The notes below the pieces were generated by a model. The model saw only the letters and a program-made list of their open reading frames with translations, had not been told where the DNA came from and ran no database searches. Shown here in pieces: positions 12,459 through 25,125 of a DNA stretch of 64,000 bases (its first letter is position 1; the number at the start of each line of letters is the position of its first letter). The stretch spans positions 48,484,001 through 48,548,000 of the forward strand of contig OZ024740.1 in NCBI GenBank assembly GCA_964016885.1. Reading direction: 5' to 3'. A program made the position numbers and the translations under genes. The DNA comes from Eledone cirrhosa. Its lineage: Eukaryota.

Positions 12459-13149
12459 CTGAAATGAGAAGTTTAATCCATAAAAGTATATACATGTGAC
12501 TACTTTTTAATGTTGAAATAATTCTTTACATGTGTGTTTTATATTTTATAAACAGCCGAAGCTGAAGCATATATGCAGTATGCCCCACCCACCCTCCTAC
12601 TGTAAAGTGGTTGTGTAGGCGTCACACCAAAAAGCACCCAGTACTCATTGTAAATGAGGTTCGCATTAGGAAGGGCATCCAGCTGCAGAAACCAAGCCAA
12701 AATCAGTTGTATTAGCAACACATGGTCACCTGACCTAGCATTGCCCACAACAAGACAACTTGTGTAACCCATGCTAACATAGAAAAATGGACGTAAAACA
12801 GTGATGATGATGATATATATACTGATATCCACTTGTTTATGGTGGGGACCAATAACATTGTCAGAACTCCATGCAGTCTTGAAGAGATGATTTCAATGAA
12901 ATCATGTTGGGAGAGCTATAGTTTTTGTAATAGGCTTTCATCGCATAAGGTTCCATCAAAGACAGTGAAATGGATCTAGGATATTAAGACTAAAAATATG
13001 TAGTTATATAACCACTATCGATTAGTTAATATATTGATTTACCATGATCAATCAACCCTCTGAAATGATCATAAAACAATGATCTAATTAAGAACCTATC
13101 TTCGAATTTCATTTTATTTTTGTTTTTCAACACACACACATATATATAG

Positions 13150-13405
13150 GGGATCAAATTAGCAGTGGAGGTGGGAGTTCTGAAAGTATAGTAGCCAGAG
13201 TGAGAAGAGGATGGAAAAAGTTCAGGGAGCTATTACTAGCTACAAAAGGTTTTTCCCTCAAAATGAAAGATAGATTTATGAAGCTTGTGTATGTACAGCA
13301 ATACTGCATGGAAGTGAGACCTGGGCAATATGTGCAGAGGACCTATGAAGATTGGAAAGAAATGAAGCTTACAGGCTTCGATGTAATAGTAGTGTGCATG
13401 AATGA
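13150..13405 (+). mobile_element. RTE LINE fragment
   Basis: RVRRGWKKFRELL..KGFSLKMK and a LHGSETW-like region. Confidence 0.7.
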
Positions 13406-13752
13406 CATATATATATATATATGTATATGTATATATATATGTATATGTATATATATATATGTATATGTATATATATCAATATTGATGGTAGTTATGGAGT
13501 AGGTAGACCCAGAAAAACCTGGGAAGATCTGATAAATTCCGACCTTACACACTTGCACCTCTCTTAGACAATGTCACTGGACCGAGATCTTTGGCGCTAC
13601 GCAGTAATACAGAAGACCCGCCTTGCCTATGTACAAAGCGAAACCTACAGTTAGTAGGCACCTCTTAACCAAATATACACCCCAATCCACTATCCCTACC
13701 CTATCCTCCTACTCCCACCAACACCACCCTCTCTCTATAAAGTTGGTACCAC

Positions 13753-14045
13753 AATATCCAGTCCAAATAAATGAGATAATGAGATCGAGATCGTGTAGGT
13801 GTCACGAGAAAAAAAAACACACAGCCCACGCTGTAATGTGGCCGTGTAGGTAACACAGTAAAAAGTTCCCAGTTCCACACTGTAAATGTGGTTGGTGTTA
13901 GGAAGGGCCGTAGAAAACCTGCCAGATAGTCCTATATGAGCGAGACATGGTCACCCAACCAACCTTGCCTCAAGTGGGACAACTCCCGTCTAACCCATGC
14001 TAGCGTGTAAAATGGACGTTAAACGAAGATGATGATGATGATGAT
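13753..14045 (+). mobile_element. RTE-tail short element
   Basis: Ends acccatgctagcgtgtaaaatggacgttaaacg(ATG)n. Confidence 0.75.
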
Positions 14046-14069
14046 GATATATATGTATATATATATATA

Positions 14070-14457
14070 TCATCATCATCATTATTTTATGTCCGCTTTT
14101 CCCTGCTTGCAAGGGTGGGACGGAAACTGATTCTGGCTCTATTTCTACAGCTGGATGCCCTTCCTAACACCAACCTCATTTACAGTGAGTGCTGGGTGCT
14201 TTTTTTCTGTGGCGCCTACACGTCCACTTTACAGTGTGGGCTGGGTGTTTTTTTGCCGTGGCACCTCCACGACCACTTTTGCAGTGGAATGATAGCGAAC
14301 CCAGTCCTATCATCTCATTTCTACAGCTGAGTAAACTGGAGCAATGTGAAATAAAGTGTCTTGCTCAAGGAAACAACAATCACCGGGTCTGAGTATTTAA
14401 CTCACAACCTTTCGATTGCAAATCCAATACTCTAACCACTAAGCCATGCGCCTTCAC
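14070..14457 (-). mobile_element. SINE family B, full length
   Basis: Same head, core and tail as 10072-10416. Confidence 0.85.
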
Positions 14458-14553
14458 AATATATATATATATATATATATACATTATGAAGAGAGAAGGA
14501 ATATTTAGATATAATTAGTAATAAAATGTATCATACCTAAACTGCTCCTAGAT

Positions 14554-14643
14554 TCCTCGACTACGTAGTTTCGTGGCATAAACAAAAACAGTACATCATA
14601 AAGATATAGAGCCTTTGCGAGGTCTGCCGACTTATCAAGAGGA
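14554..14643 (-). ncRNA. Candidate variant hammerhead ribozyme (U3-A8 core)
   Basis: Minus strand: tcctc-TTGATAA-gtcggca...tgccac-GAAA-ctacgtag-TC-gagga. Confidence 0.4.
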
Positions 14644-14771
14644 TACCTCATTTTACTAGCTTCAAGAACGCGTCTACACGACGTGAGAAAGAATCCCAAA
14701 AGGCGGAGGGGGAGATAGTCACGCGATATAACGGTCGAGAAACAGAGCTAAGCCTCTTATATATGTATATA

Positions 14772-14812
<41 letters not shown>

Positions 14813-14813
<1 letters not shown>

Positions 14814-15058
14814 GGAGGCACTTTATTTCACATTGCTCCAGTTTACTCAGCTGTAGAAATGAGATGATAGGGACTGAGGTCCATATCATTCCACTGCAAA
14901 GTGGTCGTGGAGGTGCCACGGCAAAAAAGAACCCAGCACTCACTGTAAATAAGGTTGGTGTTAGGAAGGGCATCCAGCTGTAGAAATCAAGCCAGAATCA
15001 GTTCCCGTCCCACCCTTGCAAGCAGGGAAAAGCGGACATAAAATGAAATGAAATGAAA

Positions 15059-15062
<4 letters not shown>
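14813..15062 (+). mobile_element. SINE family B, internally deleted copy
   Basis: tggaggca joined directly to ctttatttcac; tail ends in (GAAAT)n. Confidence 0.8.
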
Positions 15063-15112
<50 letters not shown>

Positions 15113-15129
15113 TATTTATAGAGAATTAA

Positions 15130-15400
15130 AATTTACCTTCGGCATAGCTATATACATATATGTATGTGGATTTTGTATATCTAAAGATATATGGTATGTT
15201 TAATAAATAAACATTTTGAAAGCCCAGTTATGAATAGAAGGCTGATGGCCAGTGTCATCTAGCTGATTCCAACAGAAGCAGCAGAGGATGATTGTCTATG
15301 CATTTTGAACTCTGGCACTCATCAGAACAATGCTTCCTCTTGCTTACTGTTAGTGCTTCATCAGAAAATAGACTGAGAAATTAAAGAAGAAATAGAAAGA
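15130..15400 (-). repeat. Decayed hammerhead-bearing repeat related to the 310-bp unit
   Basis: Shares tatgttt..ataaacattttgaa with the 310-bp unit. Minus core reads attgtt-CTGATGA..cAAAATGCATA-gacaat. Confidence 0.55.
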
Positions 15401-16371
15401 TAGAGGAAAGTGGGTAGTGGCAGAAACGAACAAAAAAAAAATTCTTAGAGAAAAAACAGGTCTATTCAAGTCGCTATCCCTTAGAAAACTGCTGATTCTG
15501 GTGTTGTTGTATAAGTTGATCTTGTTTTAAAAGACAATGATTCATTGAGAGTGTGAACAGTGCTTTTCTATAAATTTAAACGACTGTGAGGTGCTTATCT
15601 GTAATTCCGAGTGTCAACCTCCCTCCCCGATTCAGTCTTTTTGAAAAGGAGTCGTTTGCGAGTGGGTCAGATGTAAGATCGGTTGAAAACAAACAAAAAA
15701 TCTACAAAAGAAAAATTATTCCCACCAAAGAAAACTCTGAGGCTGGGAAAATCCGAAGATCTCTTGACGCCCCCAAATCCGTTTTCGGGGGAATGGAGTC
15801 GACTGCGAGCACGTCGGAGGTCAGATTAGTTGAAAACACTAAAATACCCAGAAATAAAAATTTCTTAGCATACCTCAGCGAGTGTTTTTCTATAAATTTA
15901 CCATATATATATAAATGTGTGTATGGGTGTGGGGGCGTGTAATGTGCACAAGGTTTGCGTAATTCCTGGACTCTAAGGAGTGACCCGCTGGAAGATGTAC
16001 TTGAGAACTGTCCCCACGACCCTCTCGTGAATATGTGGGCGAAGAAGTGTGTGTATGTAATTATGGTTTCGCCCGTGAATGAAAGTACTGAAAAAATACT
16101 TAATACTGTTAAGTAAAGTAGAATAATATTTAATCAAAGACAAATCTGCGTGAGTCTCTACTCGGAGATTCTCGCTATATATCGTCGGATAACTAAATAT
16201 CCATGGCAAGGGGCTGCTTTATATACACCCCTGAAATTAGTTAGCGATGGGGTGTTGGAATAAGGTCTCAGAGTAGAGTGGGACGATGATTGGGGTAGGG
16301 GTGAGAAAGCAGGACTGTATATCTATGGATTTCGAAGATGTAGAAGAGGAAGTATTGTGTGTGAGTACAAT

Positions 16372-16436
<65 letters not shown>

Positions 16437-16619
16437 CACACACCCACACACATACACAAATATATACGACCATATATAATTTTTTGGGGGGGTAATATTA
16501 TGATGACGGTTATGTTGACAAAAATATTTAATTATTTTATTGCAAACATTATAGAATTTAAAAGTTGCAATAAAATTGAAACTAATCATGTAAATAAAAA
16601 GATTGTATATATTATTTTA

Positions 16620-16930
16620 TGCTAAAAATTCGTCACGTATTAAATACGGTCTTCCAATTCTATATAATCTGTAATACAAGCTGTTAACCGTAAATTATAA
16701 CCAACAAAGTAAGCGGAAAAGACAACAATCAATGAAATTACATACTATTAAGGGAGGTCTCACGTAATTAACGATGAAATCACATCCAGTGCACATTCAT
16801 TAAAATAAGCGACGGCTTGAGTAAGACGATTTCAGTAGATTGCCACACGTCATTCTATCAAAATCAAAGCAAACGTAAATAAAATGACAAGGTGGATAAC
16901 TCTGATTCAATTTCCGTTCGGACAATTGGA
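16620..16930 (-). promoter_or_regulatory. Putative promoter and first exon of the membrane protein gene
   Basis: Unique, locally CpG-retaining stretch with a minus-strand donor c|GTGAGA at 16763. Confidence 0.3.
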
Positions 16931-17719
16931 TCAAACAATACTGTTTATTCTATTTAAAGACAAAAGGAAAAAAATATTAGATATATATATTGGATAACCT
17001 AATTGCTGAAGCATTAGAACATTTAATGACGTTCGTGTGTCTATATATTATTAACTTTTTAGCGTACAGCAGTAATATGATGGAATGACAATTACCAATT
17101 GTCCTTTTGGGGGCTGCAGTGTGTGTTTTGAGAAGGATTTGGCTGCTAATTCTAGCAAGTAGAACAATTACATAGAAACAAATGAATGAGGGAGCCTGTT
17201 ATGTAGTCGCTTGAACCTTTAGCATTATCAGCTAAATCTCAATAAAATCACACACAACTGTCTTAAAACTAAAGAAGGATACACTGGAAAATGTAGTCCC
17301 TGATATACAATTAATTGGACGGGATGGTTACAGCTAGAATCAGAGGCGTAACTAGGGAAAATTTCGCATATGGCAAGTAGTGAAATTGCGCCTCTGCCCA
17401 AACATTCGATATCTATCTTTCAGATAACCATAAAGATCAAGTGCCGCCCATAGCACTTGTCATGCTTGCCATACTCTAGTAGTATAGTATCGGTCTTTTA
17501 TTTTATTCACAGTTGTATAAATAACATTAGAAATCGTTTGCAATTCTTTCAGAATGAAAATATAAACAGAGCATATAAATAAATTTACAGTAGAGTAATA
17601 TAACAAATATGTTTTAAATATATACATAAATAACATTATAATGCTTAGATAACATTATAAATTGCTCGCAATTCTTTCAGAAAGATATATTCTTTTAATG
17701 TTGCAATATTAAAGAAAAT

Positions 17720-19029
17720 GTAAAGGAAGGGGTGAACAACCGAGCCAACACCAGAGCAAAAGACAGCAGCGACGCGAGTACTGGGCAACCTCTCTAATGA
17801 TTTTTTAGGCTAGCCATCACACTCACAGCGTTGCCTCGGGTGATGGCGAGGCTAATGCGCAGGAACAACCAAGCGCCCTCGCGAGATTCGCCAGCTACCT
17901 CGATTAGGCGAGCCACCAGTGAAGAGAGGAACTTTGCAGTCAGCGGCCCGACTCCCCCAAACGTCTCGAAAGCCACAGGCTGAAAAATGTAGCTGGGCGA
18001 CAGATCAGAGTCTTACTCTGCTCGGCTGCGGAAGCTGTGGCTCTCGTCCTAACCGCAGCATCCAGGATGTGGGAAAGAGCAAAAGAGTCACTAACAGTGA
18101 CGTCCCAGACAAGGCACCTGCCTCTCGACCAGGAGCACAGGGTAAGACCGTCAGGTCTTTTGCCATCAGTTCTGGACAACCCAGATGGTTCTAAGATTGA
18201 GGGGATGTTCGCCCGGGCCAAAGCTCTTTTGAGAATGAGGTTTAGCTCTGTGTGACGCGTGAAGCGGCCGGCATTCAGACGGCAAGAAAGACCGTGGAGT
18301 CGAGGAGTTTGCTGCATCGGCACCTCAAACCTATGCAGACGTCAGCTCCCACTCTGAGGGAGATGGAGACATCAAGTTCGTCCAGGCTGAGTAGACCACC
18401 GACGTTGGCCACGGGTAGAGCATCAACCCAGTCGCCTGAGTATTTGGTGCTGGTAGATAGTAAGCGGCACCTTGCAAACTGATCTGACTGGACGAAGAGG
18501 GAGTCAAAGGTGGCCTTCGAACTTATGCTGTCCCAAGCTCTCCGACTTCGACTGTCCTCCACCTTCTCAGGAAGAGACAAGCCCAACTCACTCCATTGCT
18601 AGAGAGCTTCACCCAACTCCCTGTTGGAAATAGTCCATGTTGGAGAGGAGAGGATGCTGCTCACCAGGGTAGAACAAGCGTGGGTGGAGGAAAGGAAGCA
18701 GGGGAGAGAGAGAGACGAACACTTACGAAGACCAAGACCCCCAAATCGCTTGGGCAACGCAGCCTGATCGCGGACTCCGGAGAGAGTCTAACATTGACCA
18801 GGCACTCGAGTCTCTCGAAGATTAGGTCGTCGAAGCGTTGGAGGCAGGACGAAAATCTGTGAGAGGGGCTGACCCTGAGTAGATACAGAAGCTTAGGAAT
18901 AGACAGGTAGTTCCTGAGTATGAAGAAACCTTGATGGGGTTCGATAACTTCAATATTTTTCAGCAGCTGCTCAAGGCCAACCATCTTTGATTGGAAGATT
19001 GACTCGAAGGCAAGGTCTGTGATTGGGGC
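17720..19029 (-). mobile_element. CRE-clade (restriction-like endonuclease) non-LTR retrotransposon, 3' part, frameshifted
   Basis: HGLSC..GRFTRHTELN, DGKRPDGLTL..W..GRCLVWDVTV, ETFGGVG, RISLAITRGNA. Interrupted at 19030 by an LTR. Confidence 0.85.
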
Positions 19030-19768
19030 TGTAACGGAATATTATGTGTGGTTGTAACGATAAGTGGATGGATGGATATAACTGTTGGTATGGTGGTTTC
19101 GATGTAAAGAAAAATACCAGGATTGTGTTGTTACAAAGTTTATTTTATTATAACAATATTCAATTTGAATATTGAATGATAAAATCAATAACACAAAATA
19201 TTCATACAATAATTTGGTGGCTCTTCGAGCTACGTAAATTCAAGTATCACAGAATACGATTATAATATAATTTGTACTGTATCAGAAAGGTACAATATGT
19301 GTAAACAGAAATGGTGCGTGTAAAAATACTGAACTCACTATGAATGCGTGTGTGCGTATCAGTATATTTAATTATTTGTATTGCAGGAGTCAGCGATCAG
19401 CCAGGAAGGTGAAAATAAGTGGCAGACTGTTTTTTCGTGACGAGAGCTTGTAAATGCGACTTGTCTTGTCTGTATATCACTTCTTTTCTGTCGAGGCGTA
19501 AACAACCCCTGTATTTATAAGAGTTGAAGTTAGAAGGATAGATATATCCTCTGAACTTTGGTTAGTCTCCCAAGGGATTAGTTTGCCAAGCGTAAACAAG
19601 TCAGAAAGATGGATATATCCTCTGACCTATTTTCTGTCAGGCGTAAACACCTCTGACCTGTGTTTAGCCTCTCCCAAGGGGTTAGTCTCTTGAGCGTAAA
19701 CAACTTACACGGCTTGTCCCAGAGGCGGGAAAGCTCAGATTCGGTTTCGAATCTTCGCCGCCGTTATA
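19030..19768 (-). mobile_element. 3' LTR (~739 bp) of an LTR retrotransposon
   Basis: Termini tgtaacgg...ccgttata. A polypurine tract (G-run on minus, 19771-19784) directly adjoins it. Confidence 0.75.
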
Positions 19769-20456
19769 GTACCCCCCCCCCCCCACACACACACACCTTC
19801 CAGTGAGAAAGCTAAGATTGAACGATCTAGGTGCATGTGAAATGAAGATAGGTATGTCTAGGTGTGTTGTTGAAGAAAATCGGTAAAAACAAAAAACACA
19901 TGAAAGTCATTTACAAACAGGAGAAATGGAAGTTTAGGAAATAGATATCGGTGCACATGCAACATAATATAAAAGACAAAGAGTACTGGTGTGTGTGATA
20001 AAGTTTTACTTCATAGAAGTCAAAGGTGTATAAGGTAAAGGGTTGTTACCCGATGGCAATAATGCCATTGTGAAGTTGTCAGGCTGGTGAGCTGGATTGT
20101 GCTGGTAACGAAAGGGTCGTCCAGAAAGAATCCAGCTATGGTCGAAGATGTTACCACTTCGGGAATCAGGAGGCGAGAGAGAGATTTCGCGGTTAATCGC
20201 TCCTTTTATCTCTCTTGACCGGAAGTGACCACTAGGGAGTTTGGTCAATCCCAAAGGGAAGCAACTCCACCTACTTCCTGTCTAGAGAACAGCGATTTAA
20301 TTGTCGTGGCAGGGGAGGCAACTCTTACTACAGTATCCCCCGCCAGATTTTTAAAACATAAAAAATCGAAAGAAGCATGCATGGAGTAAGATGGCGAGCA
20401 TGTAAGAGGCATGAAAAATATGGTACAGAGTAATGGAAGTAAGAAAAGTCGCCCAA

Positions 20457-22576
20457 TATAGCGAGAATACTGGCTGTATGAATGTAACAAAACGAGACAA
20501 TGTTTGTGTAAATAATATTTAATTAACGGTAGATAGAATACTTGACATGTCAAAGATAGATGTTAGAATGAAACAAAGTTAGTAGTTACCGTTTTGAATG
20601 CCAGGCAAACGCGGCTGGCAGAGGGCGCCTGGCTAAGGCCAGGCGCCTGTTGGCCAAATTAATGGCAGAGCCAAATGAGAAGACTCTTCGACCTGGTGCC
20701 GAAAAGGCAAAGAGAGAGGAAGGAAGCTTAACGTTGTTAGTTTTATAGGGCTCTGACCGGAAGTTGCAGAAAGGGTTCCACTTCCCGTCTAGATCCCAAT
20801 CAAAACAAGGGAGACAACCGCTACATAACCTCCCGCCAGAATTTTAGTGTATAAAAATCGAAATGAAAATATGTAGCAAGTTGGCGAGAATGTTGTAACA
20901 GGCATGAAAATTACGAAAGAATGTTTGGAAAAATCAATGATAGATATCAAGGTAGCCAATCGCTCTTGGCCAGAGAACGACTGGACATCCATCTATCCAT
21001 CACCCAAAGACACAATGTAATAAAGTAAAAGTAATAGAAGAGCTCAAAGTTCAAAATATAGTTCACAGGTGTGCAATCACATGACAGCAGGAAAGAAAGT
21101 GTGTTCCAGAGAATGAATGCAGGTGGTTTCTGTTCTGTGGTATATCGTGAAATTTCCAACCTCCGAATGGATTTTCTCACAGGAAGAGTGCTGCAAAAAT
21201 AAATTCTCTGGCTTTGGTGAAGCTGTGTTGATGTATTGCTGTTGCTGTTATATTGCTGTTGCTGCTGCTGTTGTCTCGCTGAGTGAGCGTATTCGGTGTT
21301 TAAACTCACAGTAAAAAAATTTTTTTTTAGAAAAAAATGAGTTGCGCAAAGTGCCAGAAATAGCAGCCGAAGTTGATGGTCGATGTTGAGAATGCGTTGA
21401 CCTGGAAGGGTCAAGAGGCCAGCGACCAGAGAAATAAGCATTCCCAATAAATGCGCGGTTATCAACGGTAAATTTACATTGTAAATTTATAAACCGGCAA
21501 ATAGAAGAATATAGCTTAAGGCTGAAGAATCCTTGGGGGAGAAATGCTATCTCTGGCGTGCGGCTGTCTGTGAGTAAGAGACATCTCAGTGAATCGAGAA
21601 TTTATGCTGCCTACACGTGCCAATACAAGGTTGAAAAAAAATATTTCTAACGCGCGAGAAAATGATAGTGCAATTTTGAAAGTGACAATGATGAAAAAGA
21701 AAGGCTTCAATCAGCATAATTATAGGTGTGAACTTTTGGAAAAAAAAAAAAAAAAAAATTTGAACGATGAAGAAAACGAAGAACAAAAGGCAATGGTTCA
21801 TCGAAAATAAATGTTCCTGTTGAAATGTTTTTTAAAGAATATCAAGTTTCCTTTTTTTTTTGTGTGTTTTGAAAGAGTTCGTTGTAAGAAACGAGAAACA
21901 TATATATATATCGTGAAATGTTTTTTTTTGTTTTGAAAGTGTTCGTTGTAAGAAACGAGAAACATATATATATATATTGGTGAAATGCGACAGTTAATTG
22001 ATGCGTGAGAGAAAAAGTATGTCTGTGCGAATTCCACATGTGCGTGTGTGCGTGTCCTTGAGTATTTTCATAGTTTGTCGCTAAATTTGCTGTGTATTCG
22101 TAATGTTACTCACAAAACCAGATGTGCTATTTTTTTCTTTTTTTGGGGGGGGTGACCACTTATAGCGATGAACGGCTGCGTGTTCGTATCACGTCAGGGT
22201 TACCAATATAGCGATGATTACTGGGTGTATGAATGTAACAAAACGAGACAATGTTTGTGTAAATAATATTTAATTAACGGTAGATAGAATACTTGACATG
22301 TCAAAGATAGATGTTAGAATGAAACAAAGTTAGTAGTTACCGTTTTGAATGCCAGGCAAACGCGGCTGGCAGAGGGCGCCTGGCTAAGGCCAGGCGCCTG
22401 TTGGCCAAATTAATGGCAGAGCCAAATGAGAAGACTCTTCGACCTGGTGCCGAAAAGGCAAAGAGAGAGGAAGGAAGCTTAACGTTGTTAGTTTTATAGG
22501 GCTCTGACCGGAAGTTGCAGAAAGGGTTCCACTTCCCGTCTAGATCCCAATCAAAACAAGGGAGACAACCGCTACA
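20457..22576 (-). mobile_element. Non-coding LTR element with ~370-bp LTRs (20457-20825, 22207-22576), tRNA-Trp PBS and PPT
   Basis: Near-identical direct repeats starting TGTAGCGG on minus. PBS TGGTAACCCTGACGTGAT at 22205-22188; PPT ggcgggagg before the 3' LTR. Confidence 0.75.
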
Positions 22577-22812
22577 GAAGAAAACATGCAAAGCAAAAGA
22601 AATTTACATGCAGGAAAATGTACTGTGATGTTACATAAAATTGAAAATGTTCGTACAAAAAGTTTGTTGATTAAAAGTTCGTTCATTTCATAGAAACGGA
22701 AAAATGTTCTTTTGTCTGTTCTTTTGATGTGGGTGATGCACAGAGTTAATTGATTCGTTTGTAGCAATAGTTCATGACCACAGAAATTGGCCGATTCGTT
22801 GAAATGTACAAA

Positions 22813-23961
22813 TTAGCCGAAATGTCGACCAGATGCATAATTTGTACTTACCCGATAAACTTGTACGTATCGCGTGGGCCATCGGACTGTTCTTCCAGAT
22901 TTGGTGTGTCGGGGTTGTGCAGAATTTGTCGTGTTTGTGTCGGGCAAAGTTGTTGGTGTGTCTGCTGGAGAAACGGTGGGAACTGGTGACAATTTCTGTT
23001 CTATGAACGCTTTTTTTAAACGATCAATGGAGACGGTATTTCGTTTCCCGTTCAAGTCGAGGACGAAATACTTAGGGCATTTCTGTATCACCTTATAGGG
23101 CCCCGAATACAGCGGACGAAGTTGCAATGGAATACCGTCATTTCTAACGAAAACATTCGTCCATGTATCGATGTGTTTTGGTATGTGTGAAGTAACGTGC
23201 TGTTGTTTAGGGGCTGAAGGAGACAGATGCGACATCGATGACCGTAAACGGTGCACATATTTTGTTGGGTCTGGAAGTTCTTGTGGCGAAACAGGAGCGA
23301 TCATTTGTCCGGGTAGAGTGAGTACGGTGCCATACACCATTTCAGCCGGAGAATGTCCGACTCCCTCCTTAACAGTGGAACGAATACCAAGAAGAATGAG
23401 TGGGAGGTATTCGAACCAGTTAGTGGAGTCTTCGTAAGCCTTGATAGATGCTTTTAGCTGGCGGTGGAAGCGTTCTACCATGCCGTTAGCGGCAGGGTGA
23501 TACGCTGTTGTACGGATGTGTTTGCACCCGAGGAGAGGAGTCAGCTCAGTAAATAGGTGCGAATCGAACTGACGTCCTCTATCCGTAGTGATGGTCGCGG
23601 GTGTGCCGAAACGCGAAACCCAGTGAAGCACTAGCGTTTTGGCGACAGTTTCCGCAGTAATATCCGTCAGGGGAAAAGCTTCTGACCAGCGAGAAAATCG
23701 GTCGACACAGGTGAGAAGATGAGTGTAGTTGTGAGGAGGAGGCAAAGGTCCAACGATGTCTATATGCACATGTTGGAACCGTGCATCAGGTGTTGCGAAA
23801 GAACCGATCGGGGCTTTGATGTGCCGGTGAATTTTCGCCTTCTGGCACACGATACAGTTCCTAGCCCATTCGCGGGTGTCCTTGTTGATGTTGGGCCACA
23901 CAAAGCGGGCAACCATCAGTTTCTGTGTGGCGCGGATGCCAGGATGTGCCAGAGAATGCAC
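22813..23961 (-). CDS. Ty3/Gypsy pol fragment: integrase (HHCC, DDE core, GPY/F)
   Basis: [53 protein letters not shown]. 5'-truncated. Confidence 0.92.
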   Translation of the reverse strand: MHSLAHPGIRATQKLMVARFVWPNINKDTREWARNCIVCQKAKIHRHIKAPIGSFATPDARFQHVHIDIVGPLPPPHNYTHLLTCVDRFSRWSEAFPLTDITAETVAKTLVLHWVSRFGTPATITTDRGRQFDSHLFTELTPLLGCKHIRTTAYHPAANGMVERFHRQLKASIKAYEDSTNWFEYLPLILLGIRSTVKEGVGHSPAEMVYGTVLTLPGQMIAPVSPQELPDPTKYVHRLRSSMSHLSPSAPKQQHVTSHIPKHIDTWTNVFVRNDGIPLQLRPLYSGPYKVIQKCPKYFVLDLNGKRNTVSIDRLKKAFIEQKLSPVPTVSPADTPTTLPDTNTTNSAQPRHTKSGRTVRWPTRYVQVYRVSTNYASGRHFG

Positions 23962-24145
23962 TGCCGAGAACGATTAACTGTTGGTGTTGAGAGGCCGGGT
24001 GGTTGAGGATCTAGTTAGATAGAATGACAGGTCTGACATTGGCTGACTTAAACAACATTGCTTCATTAAATACAATTATAAATTGTATACTACTTTATTA
24101 TATATAACTGTTAATAATTAACTGTTATTAATAAACTGTTATTAA

Positions 24146-24330
24146 TGGATTGGCAGTATCGGTAGAGGGTCGGACGCCATGCTTTCCAGCATAGTTACGT
24201 CCCTTTACGATCTGAGTTCAAATCCCGCCGAGGTTGACTTTGCCTTTCATCCTTACGGGGGTCGATAAAATAAAGTACCAGTAATGCACTGGGTAATTGC
24301 TGGCCTTGTGCCTAAAGTAGAAACAATTAA
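24146..24330 (+). mobile_element. SINE family A
   Basis: Box A tggcagtatcgg, box B gagttcaaatcc, Meta-like core. Confidence 0.85.
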
Positions 24331-24934
24331 TTAAAACAATATTTTTTCTTACAAAATTTTGTATGACGACACATACACACACAAACATGCACACACGTAT
24401 GTACGGGCTAGACAAGAGCTGGGGAAGTGACAGGCAAGTTGGCACAGGTCTCCGATTTTGAGGAAGAGGTTTTCAACTCAAATTTTAGTTATTTTATTTA
24501 GTTTAGTTACTTGTAAGCATATCATGTACACTATATATACATGTATATACTCGCAAACCATACACAAATCTTATATATTTTATACTGATTAATAAAATAT
24601 TTAATAATTAGTTTGAAATGAGGCCTATATTTAACATCTGACCTGGGCTTATTACCAGCTTTGGAGGCCTACATTTTTTGAAACTCATGAGCACAACATT
24701 TTCTCATGCATAAAAACAAACACAAAACCTCATGTTGACATATTTGCTTTTCTTCCAAGAAATCCAGTGCCTTGTATTTCTTCAAATATCATGTTTACTT
24801 CCTTCTTCTCTAAAGAAATATTACTGCATTCGTTGACATATTTTGAAAACAATCAAGAATTTTGAGGGATTTAATAATATAACCTTCTCGTTATTAAGCT
24901 GGTGTGTGGAACATAACAAAGAGTGTTACCCAAA

Positions 24935-25125
24935 ATAATTGTTTCTATTTTAGGCACAAGGCCAGCAATTACCCCAGTGTATTACTGGTACTTTATTTTA
25001 TCGACCCCGTAAGGATAAAAGGCAAAGTCAACCTCGGCGGGATTTGAACTCAGATCGTAAAGGGACGTAACTACGCTAGAAAGCATGGCGTCCGACCCTC
25101 TACTGATACTGCCAATCCACCGCCC
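24935..25125 (-). mobile_element. SINE family A
   Basis: Reverse complement of 24146-24330. Confidence 0.85.

Noticed and set aside
20947-21810. ORFs inside the LTR element as env or accessory genes
   Set aside because: Low complexity, homopolymer-rich, with no recognisable domain.
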